From NCBI GenBank assembly GCA_963735345.1, contig CAVTKL010000009.1, forward strand, positions 6,916 to 70,915: DNA of 64,000 nucleotides. Direction: 5' to 3'. Below are positions 1-9,425 of the stretch, piece after piece. The stretch's first letter is position 1. Each line of letters begins with the position of its first letter. This stretch comes from an uncultured Thermoleophilia bacterium (GTDB taxonomy: Bacteria; Actinomycetota; Thermoleophilia; UBA2241). Below the pieces are notes generated by a model, which had not been told where the DNA came from, made no database searches, and saw nothing but the letters and a program-made list of their open reading frames with translations. The translations under genes and the position numbers were made by a program.

Positions 1-234
1 TTCCAGTGGGTCAAGGGAGCCGACAGACGGCCAACGCTCGCGAAAGGAGCCCTCGTCGGCGAGCTGGCGGATGCGCTCCCGGGCGCCGACACGAAGATGA
101 TGACCACAGAACGGACACACCATGTGGGTGGCGCGCAGGTGGGCAAGGCTCGTGTCTCGCCGACAGGAGGGACACTCCCACTCCGGCTTGGCCGGCTCGC
201 TGGCGCGACGCTCGATCTCGACGATGACATTCAT
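1..234 (-). CDS. accD: acetyl-CoA carboxylase carboxyltransferase beta subunit, N-terminal 78 aa (gene continues beyond window start)
   Basis: Reverse-complement translation from ATG at 234-232 reads MNVIVEIERRASEPAKPEWECPSCRRDTSLAHLRATHMVCPFCGHHLRVGARERIRQLADEGSFRE, the AccD Cys4 zinc-ribbon N-terminus. No stop before position 1, so it is absent from the ORF track. It lies 22 nt downstream of the fabF stop. Confidence 0.7.
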   Translation of the reverse strand, partial: MNVIVEIERRASEPAKPEWECPSCRRDTSLAHLRATHMVCPFCGHHLRVGARERIRQLADEGSFRERWPSVGSLDPLE

Positions 235-256
235 TGAGGGTCCGGTCGGTCCGTGA

Positions 257-1501
257 TCACCCGTCGTAGCGACGGAACACGAGCGTCACGTTGTGGCCAC
301 CGAAGCCGAAGCTGTTGCTGAGAGCGACGTCGACCTGCCGGGCGCGAGCGCGCAGCGGCACGTAATCGAGATCGCATAGCGGGTCCTGATGTGTCAGGTT
401 GATGGTCGGCGGCACCACGTTGTTGACGATCGTCAGGACGGTGGCCACGGCCTCGATGGCGCCGGAGGCGCCCAGGCAGTGGCCGATCATCGACTTGTTG
501 GATGAGATCGCGACGCTCCGGGCGCTATCGCCGAGAGCCACCTTGAGGGCCTTGGTCTCGGCGAGGTCGCCCGCCTCGGTGGCCGTGCCGTGCGCATTGA
601 CGTAGTCCACATCCGCAGGACACAGGCCGGCCTCGTCCAGCGCCATGGTCACGGCCTGCGCCTGCGACTCGCCGGTCTCGTCCGGGAGCGTCATGTGGAA
701 GGCATCCGAACTCATACCGGCGCCGGCCAGCTCGGCGTAGATCCGGGCGCCGCGCGCAAGCGCGTGGTCGAGGCTCTCCAGCACAAGGCAACCAGCGCCC
801 TCGCCCATGACGAAGCCGTCGCGCCCCGCATCGAAAGGCCGAGACGCCTCGACGGGATCGCCGCTGTTGGTCGAGAGCGCGCGTGCCGCGGCGAAGCCTG
901 CCACGGCGATCGGGCAGATGGGTGCTTCGCTGCCCCCGGCGAACATCACGTCGGCGTCGCCGCTGCGGATGATGCGCGCCGCGTAGCCGATGGCATCGGA
1001 ACCGGCCGCGCAGGCGGTCGCGGTGGCGCTCAAGGGACCCTTGGTCCCCAGCGCAAGCGAAACATGCGCCGCGCCCATGTTGGGGATCATCATGGGCACC
1101 AGCAGCGGGTTGACGCGCTCGGGGCCCTTCTCGAGAAGCTTGAGCGTCTCGGCGTGGAGGGTCTGCAGGCCGCCGACCCCGCTGCCGATGACCGCCCCCA
1201 CGCGCGTCGCCTCGGGTCGCGGATCGAAGTCGGCGTCCGCGGAGGCGCCTCTGCCGGCGGCGACCGCGAACTGGCTGAACAAGTCGAGACGGCGCGCCTG
1301 GCGCTTCTCGACGTGGTCCTCAGCGTTGAAGTCCTGGACCTCGGCGGCGATGTGCACTCGATACTCCGAGTGGTCGAAGCGGGTGATCTCGCCGACCCCG
1401 GACTCGCCCGCGACAAGCCGTCGCCAGAACGTCGCGAGGTCGTTGCCGAGCGGCGAGATGACGCCCAATCCGGTGACGACGACTCTGGTGGATGCTGCCA
1501 T
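257..1501 (-). CDS. fabF: 3-oxoacyl-ACP synthase II
   Basis: 414 aa. N-terminus VVVTGLGVISPLGN and a C-terminal HGTAT...GH KAS fold. Operon context with fabG/fabD/fabH. Confidence 0.9.
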   Translation of the reverse strand: MAASTRVVVTGLGVISPLGNDLATFWRRLVAGESGVGEITRFDHSEYRVHIAAEVQDFNAEDHVEKRQARRLDLFSQFAVAAGRGASADADFDPRPEATRVGAVIGSGVGGLQTLHAETLKLLEKGPERVNPLLVPMMIPNMGAAHVSLALGTKGPLSATATACAAGSDAIGYAARIIRSGDADVMFAGGSEAPICPIAVAGFAAARALSTNSGDPVEASRPFDAGRDGFVMGEGAGCLVLESLDHALARGARIYAELAGAGMSSDAFHMTLPDETGESQAQAVTMALDEAGLCPADVDYVNAHGTATEAGDLAETKALKVALGDSARSVAISSNKSMIGHCLGASGAIEAVATVLTIVNNVVPPTINLTHQDPLCDLDYVPLRARARQVDVALSNSFGFGGHNVTLVFRRYDG

Positions 1502-1523
1502 GCGCGAATCCGCCCTTTCCGAC

Positions 1524-2279
1524 CTAGATACCCAAGCCGCCGTCGACGGGAAGGACGACGCCGGTGATGAATCGGGCCTGCGACGACGCCAAGAAGACGA
1601 CCGCAGCCGCCACGTCGTCGGGCGTCCCGATGCGCCTCAGCGGCGTCGCCGTCACGATCGTGCTCCTCGTCTCCTCGGGCAGCGCTTGCGTCATGGGTGT
1701 GTCGATGTAGCCGGGGGCGATGGCGTTGACCCTGACTCCTCGCGAACCCAGCTCCTTGGCCAAGGACTTGGTCAGCCCGATGATGCCGGCTTTGGCGGCG
1801 GCGTAGTTGGCTTGACCGGCGTTCCCGCGGCGACCGACCACACTTGACAGATTGATGATACAGCCCGACCGGCGACGGAACATCCTGCGCGCCGCCGCCT
1901 TGCTGACTAGGAACGTGCCACGCAAGTGCGTGGCGATCACCGCGTCGAAGTCGCCGGCGTCCATCATCATGACGACGTTGTCTCGCGTGATGCCGGCGTT
2001 GTTGACGACCACGCCGAGCGGGCCCAGTTCTTCCTCGGCGCGCGCGATCATCGCGTTGACCTGCTCCTCGTTGGAGACGTCGCCCATCACGCAGACCGCC
2101 CTGCGACCCAGACGCTCGACCTCGCCGACGACAAGCGAGCAGGCCGCCTCGTCGGAGAAGTCGTTGATGGCGATATCGGCGCCGGCCGCGGCCAGTTCGA
2201 GTGCGATGGCGCGCCCGATGCCACGCCCTGCACCCGTGACCAGGGCGACAGTCCCGCTGAGATCCAGATCCATGCTCAC
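1524..2279 (-). CDS. fabG: 3-oxoacyl-ACP reductase (SDR)
   Basis: 251 aa. TGAGRGIGRAIA Rossmann motif and NAG...Y..AK SDR catalytic motifs. Overlaps the fabD stop by 4 nt. Confidence 0.9.
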   Translation of the reverse strand: MSMDLDLSGTVALVTGAGRGIGRAIALELAAAGADIAINDFSDEAACSLVVGEVERLGRRAVCVMGDVSNEEQVNAMIARAEEELGPLGVVVNNAGITRDNVVMMMDAGDFDAVIATHLRGTFLVSKAAARRMFRRRSGCIINLSSVVGRRGNAGQANYAAAKAGIIGLTKSLAKELGSRGVRVNAIAPGYIDTPMTQALPEETRSTIVTATPLRRIGTPDDVAAAVVFLASSQARFITGVVLPVDGGLGI

Positions 2280-3208
2280 AGAGCCTCCAGGTAGCGTCCG
2301 TCGTTTCGCAACGCCGCGAGGGTCTCCGCGTCGGAGACACGGGCGACGCTTGCCTCCGGCACGATGCGCCGCACGAGGCCGCCGAGCACGCCGCCCGGCC
2401 CGACCTCAAGAAAGGCATCATACCCTGCCGCGTGCAAAGCCTTCACGGCTTGGGTGAAACGCACCGGCGCGACGAGCTGCCGCTGCAGCAGTTCCGGGAA
2501 CGCCTCCATCTCGAACTGCAGACTGCTTACCGAGTAGAACCGCGGCTCAGGAAGGCGCCAATCGGAGCACTCCAGTTGGCGCCGCAGAGGCTCCAGCGCA
2601 GGCTCCATGAGCGGCGAATGAAAGGCCCCGCTCACGGCGAGCGGGATGACCCGGCGAGCGCCGGCGGCCTTGGCCTTGGCGCCCAGCTCGCTCAAGGCTG
2701 CCTGCGTGCCGCTCACGACGATCTGACCGGGGCTGTTGAAGTTGGCGGGCCAGACGCCCTCCGTCTCGGCACAGAGCCTCTCTGCCGTGGCATCGTCCAG
2801 CCCAATGAGCGCCATCATGCCGCCGGCGCTGGCTGCGGCGGCGGCTTGCATGGCCTCACCCCGCCGGCGCACGAGGCGAACGGCGTCGGCGAACGGCACG
2901 GCCGTCGTTGCCACCAGAGCCGAGTACTCGCCGAGACTGTGGCCGAAGGCCACCGTGAAGCGCAGGCCCTCGGCCCGCAGGATCCGGAAGATGCCCACCG
3001 ACGCAGCAAGCAACGCCGGCTGCGTGACATCGGTGCGCGCCAGGAGGTCCGAGGGACCGGCTGCGCAGAGTCGCTCGAGGTCGTAGCCGAGCACCGCCGA
3101 GGCTTCCTCGTATGTAGCGCGCATGACGGGCTCGTCCGCGCAGAGATCGCAGCCCATGCCCACCACCTGTGATCCCTGACCGGGAAACATCAGCGCGAGG
3201 TCCTTCAT
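2276..3208 (-). CDS. fabD: malonyl-CoA:ACP transacylase
   Basis: 310 aa. FPGQGSQ and GHSLGE active-site motifs. Confidence 0.9.
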   Translation of the reverse strand: MKDLALMFPGQGSQVVGMGCDLCADEPVMRATYEEASAVLGYDLERLCAAGPSDLLARTDVTQPALLAASVGIFRILRAEGLRFTVAFGHSLGEYSALVATTAVPFADAVRLVRRRGEAMQAAAAASAGGMMALIGLDDATAERLCAETEGVWPANFNSPGQIVVSGTQAALSELGAKAKAAGARRVIPLAVSGAFHSPLMEPALEPLRRQLECSDWRLPEPRFYSVSSLQFEMEAFPELLQRQLVAPVRFTQAVKALHAAGYDAFLEVGPGGVLGGLVRRIVPEASVARVSDAETLAALRNDGRYLEAL

Positions 3209-3217
3209 GAAGACGAC

Positions 3218-4219
3218 CTAGAGCTCCCACTCAGTGAGGCACGTGCCCCAGGTGAGACCGGCGCCGAAGCCCGCCATGAGAAGCCGGTCGCCCTTCTTGA
3301 GCCGACCGCAGGCACTGGCCTCACTGAGACAGATGGGGATCGACGCGCATGAGGTGTTGCCGTAGCGATCGAGATTGGCGAAGACCTGATCCTCCCTGAA
3401 CCCCAGACGACGCACCGCCGAGTCGATGATGCGGATGTTGGCCTGGTGGGGGACGAAGAGATCCACATCAGCCACGCCAAGCTCCGCGTCGCCGAGCACC
3501 CGTTCGCAGGACTCCGCCACGGCACGGGTCGCGAAGCGGAACACTTCGCTGCCGGTCATCTGCATGGTATGCGCGTGCTGTCGCACGGTCTCGTGGCTGG
3601 CCGGCATACGGGAGCCGCCGGCCGGGATACTGAGGAACGCGGCGCCACTGCCGTCGTTGCCGAGGTCGAAGTGGAACATACGGCCTTCGTCGGCGGCCTC
3701 GACCAGCACGGCCCCGGCGCCGTCGCCGAAGAGCACGCTGGTACTACGGTCCTCCCAATCCACCATCCGGCTGAGGACCTCGGCGCCGATCACGAGCACC
3801 CGCTCGTAGATGTTCGCGGAGACGAACGCCGCGGCGCTGGCGAGGCCGTACACGAACCCGGTGCATCCCGCCTGGACGTCGAACGCCCCGGCGCGCAGCG
3901 CGCCGATCTTGTCGGCCACGATCGACGCCGTGGCGGGCATGATGTGATCGGGCGATATCGTCGTCACGATCACTAGGTCCAGCGCCTGAGGATCCATGCC
4001 AACCGATTCGAGGCAGCGGCGAGCGGCGATCACGCCCAGATCGCTCGCCGCTTGATCGGGGCTCGCGATCCTGCGCTCGCGGATGCCCGTCCGCGACATG
4101 ATCCACTCGTCCGACGTCTCGAGGAACCCCGAGATCTCGTCGTTGGTGAGGATCTTCTCGGGGACGTACACGCCCAGCGCCGAGATCCTGGCGCCGCGGG
4201 CAAGACCGCGACGCCTCAC
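3218..4219 (-). CDS. fabH: 3-oxoacyl-ACP synthase III
   Basis: 333 aa. ISALGVYVPE start; Cys-His-Asn KAS III architecture (ACTGF, HQAN, GAGL motifs). Confidence 0.9.
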   Translation of the reverse strand: MRRRGLARGARISALGVYVPEKILTNDEISGFLETSDEWIMSRTGIRERRIASPDQAASDLGVIAARRCLESVGMDPQALDLVIVTTISPDHIMPATASIVADKIGALRAGAFDVQAGCTGFVYGLASAAAFVSANIYERVLVIGAEVLSRMVDWEDRSTSVLFGDGAGAVLVEAADEGRMFHFDLGNDGSGAAFLSIPAGGSRMPASHETVRQHAHTMQMTGSEVFRFATRAVAESCERVLGDAELGVADVDLFVPHQANIRIIDSAVRRLGFREDQVFANLDRYGNTSCASIPICLSEASACGRLKKGDRLLMAGFGAGLTWGTCLTEWEL

Positions 4220-4680
4220 AGCTTGGCCTCACCGGCAGCGATGGAATCGGCATCCACGATGGCGGACATCAGCTCACCGCGACAGACCAGCTGACCCTCG
4301 ACCTTGGCCACGACCCTGGCGCGACCGACCGGCCCGCGCGCGGCGATGATCTCCGCTTCGAGGTGCAGCGTGTCGCCTGGCTTCACGACACGCTTGAAGC
4401 GCACCTTGTCGATCCCGGCGAAGAGCCCGATCTTGCCCTCCGTCGATCCTGCGCTCGCCGCGGCCAAGGTGGCGGTCTGGGCGAGCGCCTCGACGATGAG
4501 CACGCCTGGCATCACGGGATTGCCGGGGAAGTGCCCGGCGAACCAGAAGTCGTCGTCGCGGAGCAGACGCGTGGCCACGCAGCGCGCCCCCGGCTCGAGC
4601 TCTATGACCTGGTCGACGAGCAGGAAGGGTGGGCGATGCGGGAGCAGCGCCATGATCTGATCGCGGTCGAGCTTCACCAA
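4216..4680 (-). CDS. fabZ: 3-hydroxyacyl-ACP dehydratase
   Basis: 154 aa. LPHRPPFLLVD and HFPGNPVMPGVLIVEALAQ hot-dog motifs. Confidence 0.9.
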   Translation of the reverse strand: MVKLDRDQIMALLPHRPPFLLVDQVIELEPGARCVATRLLRDDDFWFAGHFPGNPVMPGVLIVEALAQTATLAAASAGSTEGKIGLFAGIDKVRFKRVVKPGDTLHLEAEIIAARGPVGRARVVAKVEGQLVCRGELMSAIVDADSIAAGEAKL

Positions 4681-4694
4681 TGGGTCTCCCTCGC

Positions 4695-5123
4695 TCAGGA
4701 TGGTCTCAGCTCACGGGAGTGCCGCACGTGCCGGCGCTCGATCCCGATGAGCACGGCTGCGGCCGCGAGGCCCCAGCCGATCAGGTTTCTGACGAGCATC
4801 GAACGGCCGCCCGGCAAGGCCACGCGGCCCAGGAGGCCGTCGATCTCCCGGAGTCGCCCGTCGACTGCCCTCAGAATGGGCCGCGCAGCAGCATCCGGCT
4901 CACGCTCGACCGCCGCGATGACGCGCTGTGCGAACCCAGGCGGAGGGGCGAGCTCAATGCTACCCCATGCGGCGAGGGCGATGCGCATCGCGCTCGTCTC
5001 GGCCAACTCCGCGGCGCAGTCCTCGCAGGAACCGAGGTGACGCTCGAGCTCCGCACTTTCGAGATAGCCCAGCTCACCGTCCAGGTAACGGTCGGTGAGC
5101 GCCTGGACATAGCTGCATTCCAT
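4695..5123 (-). CDS. membrane-anchored zinc-binding anti-sigma factor (ZAS-like)
   Basis: 142 aa. N-terminal C..(25)..HxxxCxxC (HLGSCEDC) zinc motif and a C-terminal TM helix LIGWGLAAAAVLIGI. Its ATG overlaps the sigma stop (ATGA). Confidence 0.65.
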   Translation of the reverse strand: MECSYVQALTDRYLDGELGYLESAELERHLGSCEDCAAELAETSAMRIALAAWGSIELAPPPGFAQRVIAAVEREPDAAARPILRAVDGRLREIDGLLGRVALPGGRSMLVRNLIGWGLAAAAVLIGIERRHVRHSRELRPS

Positions 5124-5719
5124 CAGCCTCCGTCCGTCTGGTCGTCCGACTGCGGCCCCAGGCCACGGGCGCGCAACCGCAGGCGCAGACAGGCGCGCCC
5201 CCGATGCACCATCACCTTGACGGTGCCCAGCGGTCGTCCGGTGAAGGCGGCGATCTCCTGGTACGGCAGGCCGTAGACATCGCGCAGGACGGTGGGCGCC
5301 CGGTAGTCGTCCGGCAGCTCACCCAGCGCGCCGACCAGGACGGCGGCGCCCAGCCCCTCGGGGGACTCAGCCCCGATCTCGTCGACGAGCTCGTGCAGGG
5401 GGGCCGCCTCGGGGCGGCGCCGCTCGCGGCGCCGCAGATCGAGGGCGGAAGAGACCGCCACCCGGAAGAACCAGGTGGTGAACGAAGCGTCGCCGCGATA
5501 CTGACCCAGCTTGCGGTAGCACCTCAGCAGCGCCTCTTGCGCCGCGTCTTCCGCGTCCAGGCGATCGCCCAGGATGTTGTACGCGATCGAATACGCCATG
5601 CCTTGATACCGCTCCACTATCCGCGTGAACGCCGCCACGTCGCCGCTCGCAGCGCGCGCGAGCTCCTCAGGCGATGGGTCGGGCTGCGAGCCCCACTTGT
5701 CAAAGTTAGACGCAATCAA
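5123..5719 (-). CDS. ECF (group IV) sigma-70 factor
   Basis: Region 2/4 homology (AFTRIVERYQGMAYSIAYNILGDRLDAEDAAQEALLRCYRKL ... PYQEIAAFTGRPLGTVKVMVHRGRACLR). The track ORF extends to 5863 but overlaps the divergent ABC gene start. A TTG at 5719 is the preferred start, but the start is uncertain. Confidence 0.75.
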   Translation of the reverse strand: MIASNFDKWGSQPDPSPEELARAASGDVAAFTRIVERYQGMAYSIAYNILGDRLDAEDAAQEALLRCYRKLGQYRGDASFTTWFFRVAVSSALDLRRRERRRPEAAPLHELVDEIGAESPEGLGAAVLVGALGELPDDYRAPTVLRDVYGLPYQEIAAFTGRPLGTVKVMVHRGRACLRLRLRARGLGPQSDDQTDGG

Positions 5720-5824
5720 TGCAGAGGAAGTTACAGGGAGCGAGGAGACTCTCGGACCAGCAGGCTGGGCCACGGCCAGTCTACACTGCTCGCGCCCACC
5801 GGAGAGAGGGTAAGCTCTGACCGG

Positions 5825-7591
5825 ATGAAGACCGTCTGGCGTATCCTGGGTCTCCTGCGTCACTACAAGTTGCTCACCTTCGTGGGCTTCGCGCTGGCCT
5901 TCGCCCAGATGGGGCTCGGGCTCCTCGTCCCCAGGATCATCCAGCTGACCATCGACGACGCCCTGATCGGTGGCCAGTCAAGCCTCCTCGTGACCTACGG
6001 TCTGGCGCTGCTCGCTATCGCCGGCGTGCGCCTCATCGTCGCCATCGGCCGCCGACTCGCCAGCGGCAAGGTCAGCCTCGACATCGAGTACGACCTGCGC
6101 AATCGGCTGTGGTCGCACCTGCTGCGTCAGTCGTTCGGGTACTTCGACCGCTGGCCGACAGGCCAGCTCATGAGCCGCGCCATGAGCGACGTGCAGAACG
6201 TGCGCATGTTCCTGGGCTACGGCCTTGTCTTCTTCGCGACCAACCTGGTGATGATGTTCGCAGTCGCGGTGATCCTGTTCGCGCTCGACTGGCAGCTTGC
6301 GCTGCTCTCGTACGCTTTCATCCCGTTCCTCCTGCTCGCTACCGTGCGTTTCAGCCGGCGCCTGCAGCCCATCCTCAAGGATGTGCAGCAGCGGATCGCC
6401 GATGTGACGGCGGCGGCCGAGGAGAACGTGGTCGGCTCACGTATCGTGCGCATCTTCGCGCGCGAGGAGGACGAGCTGGAGAAGTTCAGCGACCGCAGCT
6501 ACAAGGTGTTCCAGGCCAGCGTCGCCGCGGCGCATACGCGGGCCATCTACATCCCGCTCATCGCCTTCATCCCCAACCTGGCGGTGGCCGTCCTCCTGTA
6601 CTTCGGCGGACGCCAGGTGATCGCCGGCGATCTGAGCCTGGGTTCGCTGGTCGCCTTCTACAGCTACCTGATGATGCTCGTCTACCCCGCCCAGGTGATC
6701 GGCTGGCTGACGAGCCTTGCGCAGCGCGCCATCGCCAGCGGCGAGCGGGTGTATGAACTGCTTGACGCGCCGCTGGAGCGCGTCGAGAAGGCCGACGCCC
6801 GGCCGCTGCGCCTGGCGCGACCGGCCGGCTCCGTCACCCTCGAAGACGTGTCCTTCAGTTTCGCCGACCGGCCTGTGCTCCAGGCGACAAGCCTGGCGGT
6901 CCCGGCTGGCCGGACCATCGCCCTGGTCGGCCACACGGGCTCCGGCAAGTCCACCCTGACGAACCTGATCCCGCGCTTCTACGATCCCGATGCCGGCCGC
7001 GTCCTCATCGACGGACAAGACGTGCGCGATGTCCCGCTCGCCGATCTGCGCAGCCACATCGGCGTGGTCACGCAGGATCCCTTCCTGTTCAGCATCTCGA
7101 TCGCGGAGAACATCCGCTTCGGACGCCCTGAAGCCAGCGACACGGAGGTGCGAGCGGCCGCTTCCCTGGCGCAGGCGGATGACTTCATCGCCGCGCTCCC
7201 CGAAGGCTACGCGACCGTCGTCGGCGAACGCGGCTTCACGCTCAGCGGTGGCCAGCGACAGCGTGTCGCGATTGCGCGCGCGCTCATCATGGACCCCTGC
7301 ATCCTCATCCTCGACGATGCGACCTCGAGCGTGGATGTCGAGACTGAGGCAAGGATACGCGCCGCGCTGAGAGAGATCACGCGCGGCCGCACGACGTTCA
7401 TCATCGCTCATCGCCCATCGACCATCTCTCTCGCCGATGAGATCGTCGTGCTCGACGACGGACGCATCGTGGAGCGCGGCACGCACGCCGAGCTGATGGC
7501 CGGCCAGAAGCAGTACGCCCGCATGTTCGGCCAAGCCGAGCGCGAAGGTCGCGATCTCGACGAGATCGACGTCCACGTCGGGGACGAGTGA
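5825..7591 (+). CDS. ABC exporter, fused permease/ATPase, subunit 1 of a heterodimer
   Basis: Start ATG 5825 (MKTVWRILGLL) preceded by GGAGAGAGGG. 6-TM domain plus Walker A GHTGSGKST, signature LSGGQRQR and Walker B ILILDDATS. The upstream 208 codons of the track ORF overlap the sigma gene and are rejected. Confidence 0.9.
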   Translation: MKTVWRILGLLRHYKLLTFVGFALAFAQMGLGLLVPRIIQLTIDDALIGGQSSLLVTYGLALLAIAGVRLIVAIGRRLASGKVSLDIEYDLRNRLWSHLLRQSFGYFDRWPTGQLMSRAMSDVQNVRMFLGYGLVFFATNLVMMFAVAVILFALDWQLALLSYAFIPFLLLATVRFSRRLQPILKDVQQRIADVTAAAEENVVGSRIVRIFAREEDELEKFSDRSYKVFQASVAAAHTRAIYIPLIAFIPNLAVAVLLYFGGRQVIAGDLSLGSLVAFYSYLMMLVYPAQVIGWLTSLAQRAIASGERVYELLDAPLERVEKADARPLRLARPAGSVTLEDVSFSFADRPVLQATSLAVPAGRTIALVGHTGSGKSTLTNLIPRFYDPDAGRVLIDGQDVRDVPLADLRSHIGVVTQDPFLFSISIAENIRFGRPEASDTEVRAAASLAQADDFIAALPEGYATVVGERGFTLSGGQRQRVAIARALIMDPCILILDDATSSVDVETEARIRAALREITRGRTTFIIAHRPSTISLADEIVVLDDGRIVERGTHAELMAGQKQYARMFGQAEREGRDLDEIDVHVGDE

Positions 7592-9420
7592 TGGCCACCT
7601 CCTCCCGTCATGCCCAAGGACCGCACGGCACAGGCGCCTCCCTGGAGGAACTGCGGGGATGGCGCGCCTTCGTGCATCTGGCGCGCGAGCTCAAGCTCGC
7701 CCGGCTCGCGCGCTATGCCCGCCCGTACCGGCGGCGCGCCATCCTCAGCCTGCTCGCCATGGTCGCGGTCACGCTCAGCGGGCTCGCCGTCCCGTACCTC
7801 CTCAAGGTCGCCATCGACGCCGGGATCGGCGCCGGCAGCATCACGGTGCTCACCTGGGTGATCGTGGCCTTCATCGGAGTGAGCCTCGTCAATCTCGGCG
7901 CCAGCTACCTTCAGACATACTTGACGAGTTGGGTTGGCTCACACGTCATCGATGATCTCCGCCGCGAGCTCTTCGCCCACCTGCAGAAGCTCTCGCTCGA
8001 CTTCTTCAGCCGCCAGCGGACCGGCTGGATCGTGAGCCGCCTCACCAACGACATCGACGCCCTCGACCAGCTCGTCACCGAGGGCGTCACAACGCTGGTC
8101 ACGAATTCCCTGACCTTTGTCGGGGCCATCGTCTTCCTCTTCATCCTCGATTGGCGCCTTGCCCTCGCCACTCTGACCATCATGCCGCCGCTCCTGGCCG
8201 CGACCCTCATCTTCCGCTCCCGCTCGGCGCGGACGTACGCGCAGGTGCGCAATCGGATCGGCGACGTCAGTGCGCACCTTCAGGAGTCCATCTCGGGCAT
8301 CCGCGTGCTCCAGGCCTTCCGCCGGGAGGAGAGCGACTACGCGCGCCTCGACGCCGCCGACGCCGCCTACCGCACGGCCAACATGCGCACCGTCGTCCAG
8401 AGCGGCGTGTACTTCCCGTTCGTCGAGTTCCTGTCGGCCGTGGCCGTCGTCATCGTCCTCTGGTACGGCGGCTCACTCATCAGTGGCGACGCCCTCGAGA
8501 TCGGCGTGCTGGTGGCGTTCATCGGGTACCTGAACAGCTTCTTCGACCCCCTGCAGCAGCTCAGCCAGCTCTACAACACCTTCCAGGCGTCGATGGCCGC
8601 GGTCCAGAAGATCTACGCCGTGCTCGACACGGAGCCGGACATGACCGACGCCCCAGACGCCGTCGCTCTGCCCGACGTCCGCGGCGATGTGGAGCTCCGC
8701 GGCGTGACCTTCGGCTACCACGCCGATCAGCCTGTGCTGCACGCCCTCGACATCGCCATCGCCGCGGGGAAGACGGTGGCCCTGGTCGGGGCGACGGGCG
8801 CGGGCAAGTCAACGGTGATCAAGCTGCTGGCGCGCTTCTACGACCCCGACCAAGGGACCGTTCTCATCGACGGTCACGATCTGCGCAAGGTCACGATGCG
8901 CTCGCTGCGCGAGCAGCTCGCCGTCGTCCCCCAGGAGGCCTTCCTGTTCAGCGGGTCGATCCTCGACAACATCCGCTTCAGCCGGCCGTCCGCCGACCCC
9001 GCCGAGGTCAAACGCATCGCTCGCATCGTCGGCGTCCATGAATTCGTCGAGGCCCTGCCACAGGGGTACGACACCGAGGTGCATGAAGGCGGCGCCGGGC
9101 TGAGCACCGGGCAGCGGCAGCTCATCAGCTTCGCCCGAGCCCTGCTCGCCGACCCCCGCGTCCTCATCCTCGATGAGGCGACGTCCAGCGTCGACGCCGA
9201 GAGCGAGCGCCGTATCGAGCGCGCCATGGAGGTGCTCTTCAGCGGGCGTACCTCGGTGATCGTCGCGCACCGCCTGAGCACGGTGCGCTACGCGGATGAG
9301 ATCCTCGTCATCGACGGGGGGCGCGTCATCGAGCGCGGCGCCCACGACCAGCTCGTCGCCCTCGGCGGCTCCTACGCTCGCTACTATGCCGAGTGGGAGG
9401 CCACGGGCGAGGCTCTCTAG
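7588..9420 (+). CDS. ABC exporter, fused permease/ATPase, subunit 2 of a heterodimer
   Basis: 610 aa. Walker A GATGAGKST, signature LSTGQRQL, Walker B LILDEATS. 4-nt overlap with the preceding gene. Confidence 0.9.
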   Translation: MMATSSRHAQGPHGTGASLEELRGWRAFVHLARELKLARLARYARPYRRRAILSLLAMVAVTLSGLAVPYLLKVAIDAGIGAGSITVLTWVIVAFIGVSLVNLGASYLQTYLTSWVGSHVIDDLRRELFAHLQKLSLDFFSRQRTGWIVSRLTNDIDALDQLVTEGVTTLVTNSLTFVGAIVFLFILDWRLALATLTIMPPLLAATLIFRSRSARTYAQVRNRIGDVSAHLQESISGIRVLQAFRREESDYARLDAADAAYRTANMRTVVQSGVYFPFVEFLSAVAVVIVLWYGGSLISGDALEIGVLVAFIGYLNSFFDPLQQLSQLYNTFQASMAAVQKIYAVLDTEPDMTDAPDAVALPDVRGDVELRGVTFGYHADQPVLHALDIAIAAGKTVALVGATGAGKSTVIKLLARFYDPDQGTVLIDGHDLRKVTMRSLREQLAVVPQEAFLFSGSILDNIRFSRPSADPAEVKRIARIVGVHEFVEALPQGYDTEVHEGGAGLSTGQRQLISFARALLADPRVLILDEATSSVDAESERRIERAMEVLFSGRTSVIVAHRLSTVRYADEILVIDGGRVIERGAHDQLVALGGSYARYYAEWEATGEAL

Positions 9421-9425
9421 CCGCG

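Noticed and set aside
590-2421. Long ORFs antisense to fabF/fabG (590-1567 +, 990-1847 +, 1090-2421 -)
   Set aside because: Arg/Ala/Pro/Gly-rich low-complexity translations typical of open off-frames in high-GC DNA. They overlap well-supported fab genes.
5204-5824. N-terminal 207 codons of the ABC exporter track ORF
   Set aside because: No ABC homology. Overlaps the convergent sigma gene. A clear RBS+ATG lies at 5825, where the TM domain begins.
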